DNA of 64,000 bases from Octopus bimaculoides (Eukaryota). The notes beneath the pieces were generated by a model that worked only from the letters and a program-made list of their open reading frames with translations, had not been told where the DNA came from and ran no database searches. The translations under genes and the position numbers were made by a program. Of the stretch, positions 1-12,788 are shown in pieces (the stretch's first letter is position 1; each line of letters starts with the position of its first letter). The stretch lies in contig NC_068999.1 of assembly GCF_001194135.2 (NCBI RefSeq), positions 16,746,476-16,810,475 of the forward strand. Direction: 5' to 3'.

Positions 1-27
1 TGTGTGTGTGAGCATGTGTGCGTGCGT

Positions 28-66
<39 letters not shown>

Positions 67-129
67 NNNNNNNNNNNNNNNNNNNNNNNNNNNNNNNNNN
101 NNNNNNNNNNGTGTGTGTTTGTGTGTGTA

Positions 130-915
130 CATAGTGAGGCGAATAAATTGCGTAAATTACTCAGAAATGACTATAAGACTGATATCTCATTTTAACAGAT
201 ATATTTTACCAAAATTACATAAAAATATCATGAAATGGTAACGAGTAAATTTATTCAATAAAATCGCCAATGACTTCAACCACTGACTCCTTGTTTAAGT
301 TGGTAAATGCTACCATAATCCTGAACTGACTCCTTGTTTAAGTTGGTAAATGCTACCATAATCCTTGCATTCAGTTCATATTTAGTGTTACAAGGAGTTT
401 TATTGGTCCCTCGTTCAAATGCGCCCTACACAATATAATCAAGGGGGTTGCAGTTTGAGGAGTTATATGGTAAGGTGTTAGGATCATGTGGTCGCAGAAA
501 TTGTCTGACAGTCATGACTGGGTTCTCCTGCTTGTATGGCTTGGTGCAGATTCTTGTTTGCCAGATATACGGTCTTCCAGCAGCCACGCTCATGACCCAG
601 GGTAGCACTACCTACTCCATGCACTTGATGAAGGCGTCTGTTTCGAGTGTGAGTCCGTGTGGGAAGATGAATGGAGGTATAACGTCGCAATCACTAGTGA
701 TCACTCCAAACACCATGATGTTGATTGGATGTTTGATCCTTATCACTCTCGATACATGTCCTCATACTGCACTGTCTTCATATTGACACCCAAACAGTCT
801 GAAATGTTCGCATTGGAGCTTCTGGCGCGAATGCCAAGCAGTACATATCGCTTCCAAATTTCTGGCAGAGTGAATTGCGTCACAAACAGTGCCCAACTGA
901 CCCTACTACACCCTG
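130..915 (-). mobile_element. Internally deleted Tc1/mariner transposon, maT (DD37D)-like
   Basis: Minus strand begins TA|CAGGGTG (TA at 916-917) and ends CACTATG|TA (TA at 128-129), i.e. a degenerate TIR pair with TA TSD. The interior encodes transposase catalytic-domain remnants (next feature). Confidence 0.85.
251..737 (-). pseudogene. Degraded maT/DD37D-type transposase, C-terminal catalytic half
   Basis: Minus translation IKHPINIMVFGVITSDCDVIPPFIFPHGLTLETDAFIKCME*VVLPWVMSVAAGRPYIWQ, then (frameshifted) PNTLPYNSSNCNPLDYIV ... TNKTPCNTKYELNARIMVAFTNLNKE ... GDFIE*. This matches my recollection of the maT-type motifs GRPYVWQQDSAP and WPPNSPDCNPLDY. In-frame stops and frameshifts are present. 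Confidence 0.85.
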
Positions 916-1431
916 TAGTCGACAAAATCTAATGCAAACAATGAACATGCGCAAAATGAAAAATATAAAATGGCAGCAATTTACCCATCACATGCTTTAT
1001 ANNNNNNNNNNATATAGATAGATAGATAGAGAGAGAGATAGAGAGAAGATATATGTAAATATGGATGTATGCATATATGTATTCGTGTTTGTATGTCTAG
1101 ATGCGTGTATAATATGCGTGCATATTTGATGATAATCAGTATTCTAGTCTATAATTAGGTTTAGAAGCCTAAATACGTTATCTAGTCGATTCACTGAACA
1201 GTGTTCGATTCAACATGTAGCGATCGAATATACCCTCAGAAGTCGATTTCGCAGATAGCAGCAGTTCACTTCTGAATCACTAAAACTGTCATGCCGAGGT
1301 TCGAATCATATATGCATTCATTATTTTATGTTGCTACTGCTAAGCTAATAATATACCAAAACACATGTCCACACGTGTGTGTATGTGTGTGTTTGTATAA
1401 TAAATATATACATACATATATATATATATAC

Positions 1432-1463
<32 letters not shown>

Positions 1464-2138
1464 GTGTGTGTGTGTGTACATATATACATACATACATATA
1501 TATGTATGTACATGTATATATTTTTATGTGTGTGTGTGTGTGTGTGAGAGAGAGAGTATGTACATATGCCTGTATTTAATTATGTATAAATATTTATATT
1601 GAAATATTTGAGCATTTAACGACGAGATATGATTTAACAGCAGTGTTCTAACTCTCCCGGTGCGTATCGCTTCTCTTCACATATATCTTTACTCTTCTAA
1701 AGAAACCGTCGAGCATCTAAAGATGATTTTAGCGATGCAGTATAATGCAAATCAGTAGGAATGAAATAATCTTATATATTTCGGGAAAAAAGCGGAAGAA
1801 AAGAAAAAGAAAAAAAACATGTTTTCTTTGTGAGAATTGAAATTTTGTGGCTGTCGAAACGTGTTTATCAAGTTGTTATTTTCTTTCTGCTAACGCAAGC
1901 TGACATTCTCACATTTATAAAATTACGCACGCACACACACACACACATATGCATATATGTATACGGTCTTATGAATGCATACATATATATGTGCCTGTGT
2001 ATATATAGATAGATACATATATATATATATATATATATACATATATATACACACACACATATATATACATATATATACACACACACACACACATACATAT
2101 ATATATACATACACATACACACATATATATGTGCACAA

Positions 2139-2242
<104 letters not shown>

Positions 2243-2570
2243 GTGTGTGTGTGTGTGTGTGCGTGTGTGTATTGCATTCTTTTGAAATATTTGATACCGA
2301 AAAAGAACAATAAAATTATATTTTGTCTAAACGGATCTATCATCGATTAGGGATTCCTTTTACGAATTAAGCAGCACCGAGGCCAATTATATGCTATTAG
2401 TGAACATCGATATACAGAAAACCGAATTGGAAAGATGCTGTCGCATTATGACATGTCCTTAGTATAGAAAAATCTATACTAAGCAATACTACAATTGTTA
2501 AGAGCAATCGAATATTAAGTATATAGAGATACGTAGAAAGGAAGTCAAAAATTATACGTAGCCAGTAAGT

Positions 2571-2607
<37 letters not shown>

Positions 2608-3630
2608 CAATATATAAACCAGAGATTGTGATAGAGAGAGTGAGTTAGCTTGTAAACCCAAGAGACATAGAGAGTGAGTATAATAGAAGATGTTTCTTAG
2701 ATAAAGAGGGTACGAAAGCAGGAAAGGCAGAGACACAAGACAAGAGCGTACACAGAAAAGTTTTAAAACATTCGATTTCTCTTTATACGGAAGAAACATT
2801 ATATTTGATCGCATCATATTGAAATTAGTCAATGAATCAATCATTGATTTCTTTGGGTATTTAGTTTGTTTGTTACGTTGGTGGGTAGGTTGGTTTGTTG
2901 GCTGGTTGGTTGGTTGGTTGGTTGATTGCTTCGTTGAATAATCAATTGTCTAATTGACATATCAGCAATTAATTGATTGCTTTATTGACTAATTTACTTA
3001 TTAGCTATCACTAGATAGATTGGTTTTCACGCACCGATACAAAAGATAACAATACATTGCTATACACTGTGAAATTTCTGACTGTTCTATCAATAAACTT
3101 TCTACTCTGTGCTGGCTTTAGTCATTAAATAGCGGCCATAATGGGACACCAAATTCGGAAGATTTAGTCGATATTTTCAACTCCAGTACTTATTGTAGGA
3201 TGTTACTCATCGCATCAATATTTCTTTGTAGAAATACCAAGTTGAAACATTAAAAAAAAGACATCATAATCAACACTGATTTTATATACATGTGTCTGCA
3301 TACGTATATATATATATGTATAAGTATACTGAAGTTTGCTTTTTCACGCTTGTTTAAGTAAAACAACGGAATATCGCTTTATCTGTTGACGCAATGTTGA
3401 GATTAGAAGCAAATTTATTGCGAAGTTCAAGTTGACAGGGATATTAATATTGGCCTGAAGTCCTAACTGTTGAAAAAACATTTTAGGTGAAACTTGAAGT
3501 CACAGTCAAATCCAATCGTACAACATAGGCACGCAAATATACACACGCATATATGTCTGTTTGTATGTATATACATACATGTTTATGTATTCATACGTAT
3601 ATATATATATATATATATATNNNNNNNNNN

Positions 3631-3661
<31 letters not shown>

Positions 3662-4993
3662 AGAATTCACCTCGCTATTATTATTTAACATTATCCGGAA
3701 GTCTGAAAAGTGAAGTTGAAATCAGCGGCAAGTGTGTGATTAAGGAATCGGGCAAAATGTTATGACAGTCATTATGATGCTCTTACCACCATACCAATCA
3801 AATGCGTATATCTAGTTTACTTTTCCGCTATTCCAGCAAACTACCTTCGCTCTGCAGATCAATTTACTAACTTTGGAAATATCATATGCTACGAATAGAA
3901 TAAATATCCGCCACTGACCTTTGAAAATGATAATTAAAATATTGCAAATGTTTAACAACAACGCGATATATGACTCATTGATTTTACTCGAAGAAAACTC
4001 CATTCTCAAGACAATATTACATTTAGAGGATATTTTACTATATCTTGGAGAAGAATGTAGTACTGCGAAAATATAGCAAATTTAGATGTGCACTTTTGTG
4101 TTCTAAGTTCAAATCATATGCAGGAATATAATGAGCTGGTTGCAGGAAACATGTGCAGGCATATATACATTTCCTCTAAATATCTCGGCTACACGTATGT
4201 TATAAACCAATGTTGATGTACAGTATGCGGGGATTTTGTAACAGAATCAAAATGTGGTAGTTATTAGTTTGATTGCAACTGTCGACTGCGAAATTTTATG
4301 TCCTGCGCTCAAATGCCTGTATCAATAACTATAGCAATTATCACTGCGAAATAAGTATTATTTCTCACAGAATTTTTTTTGTTCTTTATTGCCATATTTG
4401 GTCTGATTGAAGTGAAACCACTATCGAAGAGCTCTCAACAGTAACCATCCATTTTTGAGAACTGTATATTATCTTGGACAAGAAAACGTTACTCCATTCG
4501 TATGGATAAACTGACTTATCACAATTCTTTCGGGCTCTTTTACCTCCTGATTCTAAATCACTTAAAGGGCTACTTTGGTTATTGCTCATAAAATATTGTA
4601 TGAACCCAAGGCGAAGGGTAGACATCCTTATACAAAATACATTGTTCAGTTTGTTCCAGTTGTTTACATTACGACCAAATTCGTTACCAAAACTTTTCTA
4701 TACACAACATTCTCAAATGCAGCAATGTAGAAACATAATGGTTTGTAAGAGCAGACGAGTATATATATTCATTTACGCACCTTTCTGTCTATATTACCAT
4801 TTGTATCTCATTCACCTCACCTTTTACTTCCTTTACTTCTCTCTATCTTTCATTTTTCTCTGTTTCTTTCTCTCTCTCTATCTATGCGTATAACACACAT
4901 TATAAATCTATGGATAACAACAGGTGATCAAAACTGTGCCGGTGCTTTACTCATCATCTATTTATACATTTTGTAAAATTTCTCCATTTTATC

Positions 4994-5032
<39 letters not shown>

Positions 5033-5142
5033 TGATGTATTATGTATGTATATATATGTATACACACACACACACATACATATATATATATGTATATATA
5101 TATGTATGTATATATGTATGTATGTATGAACTGGGTAGCAGG

Positions 5143-5505
5143 TTCGAGTGAGTGGGTCTATAAGAGATGTCGGTTTTAATTTCGTTACTGAAATATTTCA
5201 TTAAAATATCAAGAAATGGAAGTTTCTCTCTGCTGTATTCCACCGTGAGTTGGATATTTGAATTTAAACCACTGTGCAATGTTTTAAATTTGAATAGTTT
5301 ATTAATACTTCCAAAGAATGAAGCAGTCATCCAGATATCTTTCCAGTTCTCTTTAATGTATTTGTCAAAAGAGCATCATTATTTTCGTAGTGATTCTAGA
5401 TATAGAGTCAATTTTAATTACCACATTATTAGATTGGAAAGAACTGGGGCTGCATTTGTTCCCATAGCAATTCCATTATTGTCGGTAGTATCAAACACGA
5501 ACTAA
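5143..5505 (-). mobile_element. Penelope-like element, reverse transcriptase fragment
   Basis: Minus strand gives GIAMGTNAAPVLSNLIM (about 5474-5425), then with a frameshift YLDDCFILW (YLDD at 5337-5326), then NSNIQLTVEYSREKLPFLDILMK...IKTDISYRPTHS. These are the PLE-type GxAMG, YxDD, LPFLD and TDxYxKPT motifs in the correct order. Confidence 0.85.
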
Positions 5506-5714
5506 TTGTTGTGAAGGAAAAAAATTAAGGCTTCAATTATACATACATATATATATATATATAACTATGTATATCCATGTGTATGTATAGAATTTTACAC
5601 GCTCATATGCAAAGATTTTTTTATAAATTCATACACTAACATATATAGATATATTTATATTTAAACATTACGTGTTTACGAACGTATATATGAAAGTTTA
5701 TTTTTTTTTTTATT

Positions 5715-6025
5715 TATGTACCATTTTCAGGCTCATGGACCCGGTTTCCCGGTGTCTATGGCGTATGTACCCTCCACCCCCAGCTGGACGGGACAACAGT
5801 CCATCGCAGCGTTACTAAAAAAAAAAAAAACAGGAAGAAAGAATGAGAGAAAGTTGGAGGTGAAAGAGTACAACAGGGGTCGCCACCATCCCCTGCCGGA
5901 GCCTTCTGGAGCTTTTAGGTGTTTTCGCTCAATAAACACACACAGCGCCCGGTCTGGGAATCGAAACCGCAATCCTCCGACCGCGAGTCCACTGCCATAA
6001 CCACTGGGCAGTGCTTGCGCCTCCA
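5715..6025 (-). mobile_element. tRNA-derived SINE with MetaSINE/V-SINE-like 3' domain
   Basis: Minus head GCCCAGTGGTTATGGCAGTGGACTCGCGGTCGGAGGATTGCGGTTTCGATTCCCAGACCGGGC has A and B boxes. The 3' part contains GCTGCGATGGACTGTTGTCCCGTCCAG, resembling the conserved domain of those SINE superfamilies. Confidence 0.7.
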
Positions 6026-6737
6026 CATATATGAAAGTAAATAAGTGTATATGAAGCGGTCACCATGTGGGCATGTGTTTCAGAAATTAGAAACAAATTA
6101 TGAAATATATTGTGATCTCCATGTTTGATATTTCCTGAAATCATCTCTCTTTAGAAAAGTTGTACAACGACTGCGTTTATTCTTTAGTTTCCATACATCG
6201 CGTCATATTTATCTTTTGTTATATTGTAGTTAAATATCGGTTCATTTTACTCTACTTGAAAGCTAATAGAATTATTTCCATGGAGATTTATCTTTAACGT
6301 TCTGCTTTGTATAAATTCTTATAAACCAAAATATGTACTGCTTCTTCGCCAATTTGATAAACATTTGATTAATAATTATAATGCCGATTGTTTTCTACAT
6401 CTCTTGTATGTTATCTGAATTCGTTAGAAGAAAACATGAAGTGTGATTTCTGTTATTGTTTTAACTAGAGCTTAAAATTTTAAAGTCTTATGGAATCTGT
6501 CTAAGTGCTGTTGCCGGAATATATATCAAAAAGCAAGTAATTGTAGAAGCTACAATATGAATGAATGAATGAATGTATGTATTCTGTGTATCTAACTATG
6601 CATGTATCTATGTATATATGTAGATTATATATATATATTTATAGATAGATAATACCTACATATATACATACATACATACATAAATAAATAAGTATATGTG
6701 TATATACAGAAAGTGCTATTTTATTATATTTCATAAG

Positions 6738-6769
<32 letters not shown>

Positions 6770-6789
6770 TACATATACATGTATATTTA

Positions 6790-6834
<45 letters not shown>

Positions 6835-7675
6835 NNNNNNNNNNNNNNNNNNNNNNNNNNNNNNNNNNNNNNNNNNNNNNNNNNNNNNNNNNNNNNNNNN
6901 NNNNNNNNNNNNNNNNNNNNNNNNNNNNNNNNNNNNNNNNNNNNNNNNNNNNNNNNNNNNNNNNNNNNNNNNNNNNNNNNNNNNNNNNNNNNNNNNNNNN
7001 NNNNNNNNNNNNNNNNNNNNNNNNNNNNNNNNNNNNNNNNNNNNNNNNNNNNNNNNNNNNNNNNNNNNNNNNNNNNNNNNNNNNNNNNNNNNNNNNNNNN
7101 NNNNNNNNNNNNNNNNNNNNNNNNNNNNNNNNNNNNNNNNNNNNNNNNNNNNNNNNNNNNNNNNNNNNNNNNNNNNNNNNNNNNNNNNNNNNNNNNNNNN
7201 NNNNNNNNNNNNNNNNNNNNNNNNNNNNNNNNNNNNNNNNNNNNNNNNNNNNNNNNNNNNNNNNNNNNNNNNNNNNNNNNNNNNNNNNNNNNNNNNNNNN
7301 NNNNNNNNNNNNNNNNNNNNNNNNNNNNNNNNNNNNNNNNNNNNNNNNNNNNNNNNNNNNNNNNNNNNNNNNNNNNNNNNNNNNNNNNNNNNNNNNNNNT
7401 TTCTAAGATGCATGAATCACAAACGTAATAAATGGTATACGGCTTCATCACAAGAAATATTACCAAAAATACACCAAAAATGGCTTGTTGAATTCTTATA
7501 TTACTGCAGCTTTTCTGAATGCTATTGCTGTTCTAGTTATTTAGATATAGTGTTCCCTTATTGAAAGGTTCTATTATATAGAAGAATCTCTAGATAATGC
7601 TTTCTACCTTACGAACAAGACCTGATATTTCAAGAGAAAGGGACTCGCAGATTTCTTTGATCTCCGTTCGAGAAG

Positions 7676-7810
7676 GATACTTAATTATTCGACCCCGAAA
7701 TTATGTAAAGCAATATTGACCTCAAGAAGATTTGAACTCATAACGTAATGAATCGGAAGAAAAACTATTAAGGATTTTATTCGTTGCATTAATGATTCTG
7801 CTAGCTAGTA
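7676..7810 (-). mobile_element. Degenerate SINE family A copy
   Basis: TCGACCCCGAAA...TTTGAACTCATAACGT is the reverse complement of the family A core seen in better copies (e.g. 47557-47757). Confidence 0.6.
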
Positions 7811-8888
7811 GCTTTGCTACTGCGAATAAATACTAGGAATATATGGAAACAGGGACAAAATTATTACTCACGCTTTTTTTTGGTTGTCCAGTTTTAGCCA
7901 GGAGAGACTAGATATACAGGCAGGATATACAATGGAAAAATTTGCCGGCATTATAAAATACTAGCAGAAAAGAAAATCGAATAAACATGAAACATGTGAT
8001 TGAAAGCTCGTGGATAAAGGACAAGCCTTTATTCTCTGTGATATGCGAACAGTAGCAGACTGTGAGCTCCAAGTAAATTGATCGGATATTGTTGTCAATG
8101 ACTACCACATTGGAAATGTCTTATGGTTAAAGTAGCAGTCCCAAAAGACGAAAACGTATCTCGAATTGAGGAAATTATCTAAATATAATGATGTGAATAT
8201 AGATGTAATGTAGGGAATAATACTTATGCTATAATGTGTGGGGAGTTATCAATATACGTAATTCTTCTAATATCATGTCTCGAGATTGATTAAGATATAT
8301 ACAGATTAATACAGAATTCAAGCTCCAGCACAATATATAAAACGACTCAAGTACTAACTGAACATACATATACTCTAATTTCTAAGTTATTGTACAACTA
8401 AAAATCCTCACAAGATAAAGAACTTTGATATAACAGAATACACAATACCGATACACAGCACGTATCCATCGGGTAATGAGTTGTGTTCGGAATTGCAGTG
8501 AAAATAAGCGATTATTATATTATTATTACGGCGGTAATCGTATTTTTATTGTTTCTCATATCACACTTTATCATCTTAATAATACAAAGAAAGCAAGGGA
8601 AGATTGCACATAGAGATTTAATATCTGTGTGATGAAAATATTCGGTGATTANNNNNNNNNNNNNNNNNNNNNNNNNNNNNNNNNNNNNNNNNNNNNNNNN
8701 NNNNNNNNNNNNNNNNNNNNNNNNNNNNNNNNNNNNNNNNNNNNNNNNNNNNNNNNNNNNNNNNNNNNNNNNNNNNNNNNNNNNNNNNNNNNNNNNNNNN
8801 NNNNNNNNNNNNNNNNNNNNNNNNNNNNNNNNNNNNNNNNNNNNNNNNNNNNNNNNNNNNNNNNNNNNNNNNNNNNNNNNNNNNNNNN

Positions 8889-9040
8889 TTCTTCCGACTC
8901 ACTACGTTCTGAGTTCAGATCCCGGTGGGGTTAGCTTTGCCGTTCATCACTACGGGGGTGGTAGAATATGAACTAGTCAAGCAATGGAATCGATGTAATT
9001 GACTAGTCCGCTACTCTTTTGTGCCTCTAGAATAAAGGAC
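8889..9040 (+). mobile_element. SINE family A, partial
   Basis: ACGTTCTGAGTTCAGATCCC...TTTGCCGTTCATC...GATGTAATTGACT...GTGCCTCTAGAATA. The 5' end is lost in the N gap. Confidence 0.65.
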
Positions 9041-9082
9041 AACAACAACAACAATTACTCCTCCTCCTCCTCCTACTACTAC

Positions 9083-9131
<49 letters not shown>

Positions 9132-9146
9132 CCCCTTCCTCCTACT

Positions 9147-9292
9147 TTGCAGCGTTTCGTCTGTCGTTACGTTCTAATTTCAAATCGCACCGAGGTCGTC
9201 TTTGACTTTCATCCTTTCGGGGTCAATAAATTCAGTAACAGTCAAACACTCGGGTCGATGTAATTGAATAGTCCCCACCTCCAAAAGTCACC
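9147..9292 (+). mobile_element. SINE family A, partial
   Basis: TTTCGTCTGTCGTTACGTTC...GAGGTCGTCTTTGACTTTCATCCTTTCGGGGTCAATAAA, the family A core. Confidence 0.8.
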
Positions 9293-9325
9293 TTGAGACT
9301 GATTATTATTATTATCATTATTATT

Positions 9326-9523
9326 AAGAATCGTTACCACAACGGAAACAATGCTTAGTGGCATTTTCCCCAACATTACGTTCTAAGTTCTAATTCCACC
9401 GAGGTCGAATTTGCCCTTCGTGCATTTGGGGTTGAAATAAGTACTAGCTGAGCGCTGGGGTCTATGTAATCGACTGTCCCTCCTTGCCCCGAATTTTCTG
9501 GCCTTGTGCCAACATTTGAAACC
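9326..9523 (+). mobile_element. SINE family A, near full length
   Basis: AGAATCGTTA...AATGCTTAG...GAGGTCGAATTTGCC...GTAATCGACT...GGCCTTGTGCCAACATTTGAAACC. Confidence 0.8.
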
Positions 9524-11271
9524 GTTGTTGTTGTTGTTGATGATGATGATGATGTTGCTGTTATTCCTGCTGTTTAAATCGGTGTTATTTTCATTTTCTT
9601 TACTTTCGTGAGAGTACAAACCTAGTATTTATAGTAGTCGAAGTAGTAATGGTAGTATTAATAGCGGTGGTGTTTTTATTAGAATCAGCAGCACCAGCAG
9701 TAGTAGTAGTTAAGGAATACGTATTATAATTCGTCAATTATTTCAACTGTAAAGATATATAATAATGGTCGTTTTATTGCCCACGATATCCTACCACAGA
9801 TTAAAAATCATTATGAAATAATGTATGTCAGATGTATGCGTACGTGTGTTTGGACCTTAACAATATGCAACAGTTTCTTATTCTTATTCTAACAACCTTT
9901 CAATTCTTCTTAAAAACAATGTGCTTGTGTTGTCTAAATTGAAATATAATTCTGCTCAAATTTTCCAATTTCCCCTACATTAAACATGGAAGCGAACCAA
10001 AACAATAAACGTGAATCTTGGTTATAATCCCTTGGTGATGTTTATTCTTGCTCTGCAATAAACAACTTGTATTTTGCCACATATTGTTTAAGTTACATTA
10101 TGTTGATTTTCTTTAACAAAGAATTCATGGAGGCGAAAACCAAAACAAATCACACTTTTATTAGATAAAATGAGACATCGATTTTTAAGACATGCTGAGA
10201 ATCTTTATAACAACCTAAACATTTCCTAACTGCCATCTCTCTTCCATTGACTTCTATTATTGCACGATTTGTTCTCTCTTTCTAAAACTCTCTGTTTCTC
10301 TATTCCTATCTCTCCCCCTCTCTCTCTATTTGTCTGTCCTCTCTCTATCCCTCTCTGTCTTTGTCTGTCCTCTCTCTCTCCCTCTCTTTCATTGTATGTC
10401 CTCTCTCTGTCTCTCTCCCTCCGTATAACCTTATTTATTGGTCCTTTCATTTCTTCTATATATTATCGTTTCTCTTCCTCAAAATTGTTTGCTTTTATAT
10501 TCCTTTCACATCAATTCTTATTTATCCAAAGGGAAGTGATCTAGAACAAACTGTCCTCACATGAATATCTCCAAATTTATGATCTAGAAAAGTTCAAAGG
10601 GGTGAATCATATGAGAAAAAATAATCTGTATTCTGCTTCTTAACCCATGGGGTATAAATTGTATGTCTTCGCTTTAATAATGACGGTAGTGATGAAAAAA
10701 AAGTAGCAATAAAAGATGAAATGCTTATATCATATAACCTTATGACGCAACAGAATGATATGAGTTTTTTTTTCTCTCTCTCTCTCTCCCTCTCTCCTCA
10801 TATTTGGCAACGTTTTGACAAACTTTATTAATCATAATATTCACTGATAATACTATTCATTGAGCGAATACTAGAAATTGTTTAATGCATAAACAGAATA
10901 AGTGATACACACTAAATGCACACTTATAGACATTTGCACATAGATACACAGAGGAACATGAGCATAAATTTGTAAACATTCATAGACACATTAACAGAAA
11001 GATACACATGCGTATATGCGCAAACTTATACACATATATATGCAAACATTCGTTAATACACAAGCAATTATATTTGTAGGATTTAGTGTGTATTCATATA
11101 TGTATGTATGTATAGATACACAAATATATATATATATATATATATGGTATTATACTGAGTTATTTGTGTGTCTGCATATAATGGATACTTACAGACATTT
11201 AGAGACACACAACTTGTATGTGCATAAACTTTTGTTAATACAAGCCATTATTTTTCCACTGACACAATGCG

Positions 11272-11316
<45 letters not shown>

Positions 11317-11997
11317 TGTATATATATATATATATATATGTGTGTTTATATTATATGTATGCACGTATATAGATATATCTATATATATGTGTATGTATGT
11401 GTGTGCATGCATGTGTGTGTATGTATATTTATTTATTTTTATTTATTTATATCTACATACGTACGTATATATATAACATCTATACGTACTCGCATATAAA
11501 CGCACATACATATATGTACTTGGGTTGTATGTATGCCATTCAATATAATTTTCGAATAAAAACTAAAAGAAAATGGTTTAATATCTGACAATATAGCACA
11601 TATAGAAATATGAGTGTAGTAGCAGTATAGCTGAATACCAAACAGCTTCACTTTGTAACGTCATGATCCAGGGTTCGATACAAATGTCTTGCAGCTTGAG
11701 CAAATGGAAACTTTTTATTTCTTGGCTCAACTTCTGTTATGTGTCAAGTTGTGTAGAGGGAAGCTGCACAAAACCCATCATGTCCTTTGTACATCGAGTT
11801 CAAATGTACAACCTTGCTGTTCTGTGGTTTGATTCTTCATAAAAGTCACGTGAATGTTGCACGTTCAGCAAACTTCCCCATATACATGTGAATTCGATTT
11901 GTCATTTGGATGTTAATACCTCATCTGCGTTAGATGGCGACGCACCACTATATATGTGTATATGCATGCTTGTATATATTCGTACGTAAGTGCAAAT

Positions 11998-12193
11998 ATA
12001 GGCGTGGCTGTGTAGTTAGAAACTTGCTTCCCTACCACATAGTTCCGGGTTCAGTCCCACTGTGTAAGTACTTTAGCAAATGTCTTCCACTATTGAGTCG
12101 CGCTGACAAAACCCTTGTGAATGGATATTTAGTTGATGAAAACTGAAAGAAGCCCGATGTACATATATGTGTGTGTGTATGTATGTATGTATG

Positions 12194-12244
<51 letters not shown>

Positions 12245-12470
12245 GTATCTATGTGTGTGTTTGTCCCCCATCATCGTTTGACAACCGGTATTGGTTTATT
12301 TACGCCCTCCCCTAACTTACTGGTTCGGCAAAAGTAACCGATGAAACAAAAGTACTGGACTTATAAAAATTATTTATATAAAGTAAATCCTGGAATCGTT
12401 TCGTTCGGCTAGAACACTTCAAGACGGTGCTCCAGCATGACCGCAGTCAAATGACTGAAACAAGTAAAAA
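11998..12470 (+). mobile_element. tRNA-derived SINE family B (CORE-like) with internal microsatellite, near full length
   Basis: Head GGCGTGGCTGTGTAGTTAGAAACTTGCTT...GGGTTCAGTCCCACTG, body AGCAAATGTCTTCCACTAT...GAAACTGAAAGAAGCCCG, internal (TG)/(TATG)/(TA)n, and 3' part TTGACAACCGG...GGTTCGGCAAAA...GGTGCTCCAGCATGACCGCAGTCAAATGACTGAAACAAGTAAAA. The first half is homologous to 15915-16080. Confidence 0.8.
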
Positions 12471-12603
12471 CGATTAAAATATATATGAGCATGTGTTTGT
12501 GTTTCATGTGTCGTTGTGTGTACACTTATGATTGTGAGCTTATATAGGAATGTTTCAACTTTGAGTGGACGTATTTTATAGAGAAATACATGCTAAATAT
12601 TGA

Positions 12604-12788
12604 TTTCAGAATTATGCACAAGGCCAGTAATTTCGCGGGAATGGTTAAATCAATTACATCGTTTCCAGTGCTTAACTGGTACTTAATTTATAGACCTCAA
12701 AAGGATGAAAGGCAAAGTCGACCTCGATGGACTTTGAAATGCCGCTACAAATATTGCCTATCGTTCTAACACCTCGGCCAGCCCACCC
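12604..12788 (-). mobile_element. SINE family A
   Basis: GCACAAGGCCAGTAATTTC...CTGGTACTTAATTTATAGACC...GGATGAAAGGCAAAGTCGACCTCG is the reverse complement of family A. Confidence 0.8.

Noticed and set aside
2459-2482. Short hairpins with 8-13 bp stems here and near 43722, 50835 and 61497
   Set aside because: Expected by chance in AT-rich sequence of this length.
4371-4625. Plus-strand acceptor with FFLFFIAIFGLIEVKP, and the 79-aa minus ORF
   Set aside because: No recognisable motif, no partner exon, and both strands are equally plausible. Within chance expectation.
5940-6020. tRNA-like sequences here and at about 12000, 15920, 18950 and 60330-60400
   Set aside because: They have A/B boxes but no complete cloverleaf, and they continue into shared SINE bodies, so they are SINE heads rather than tRNA genes.
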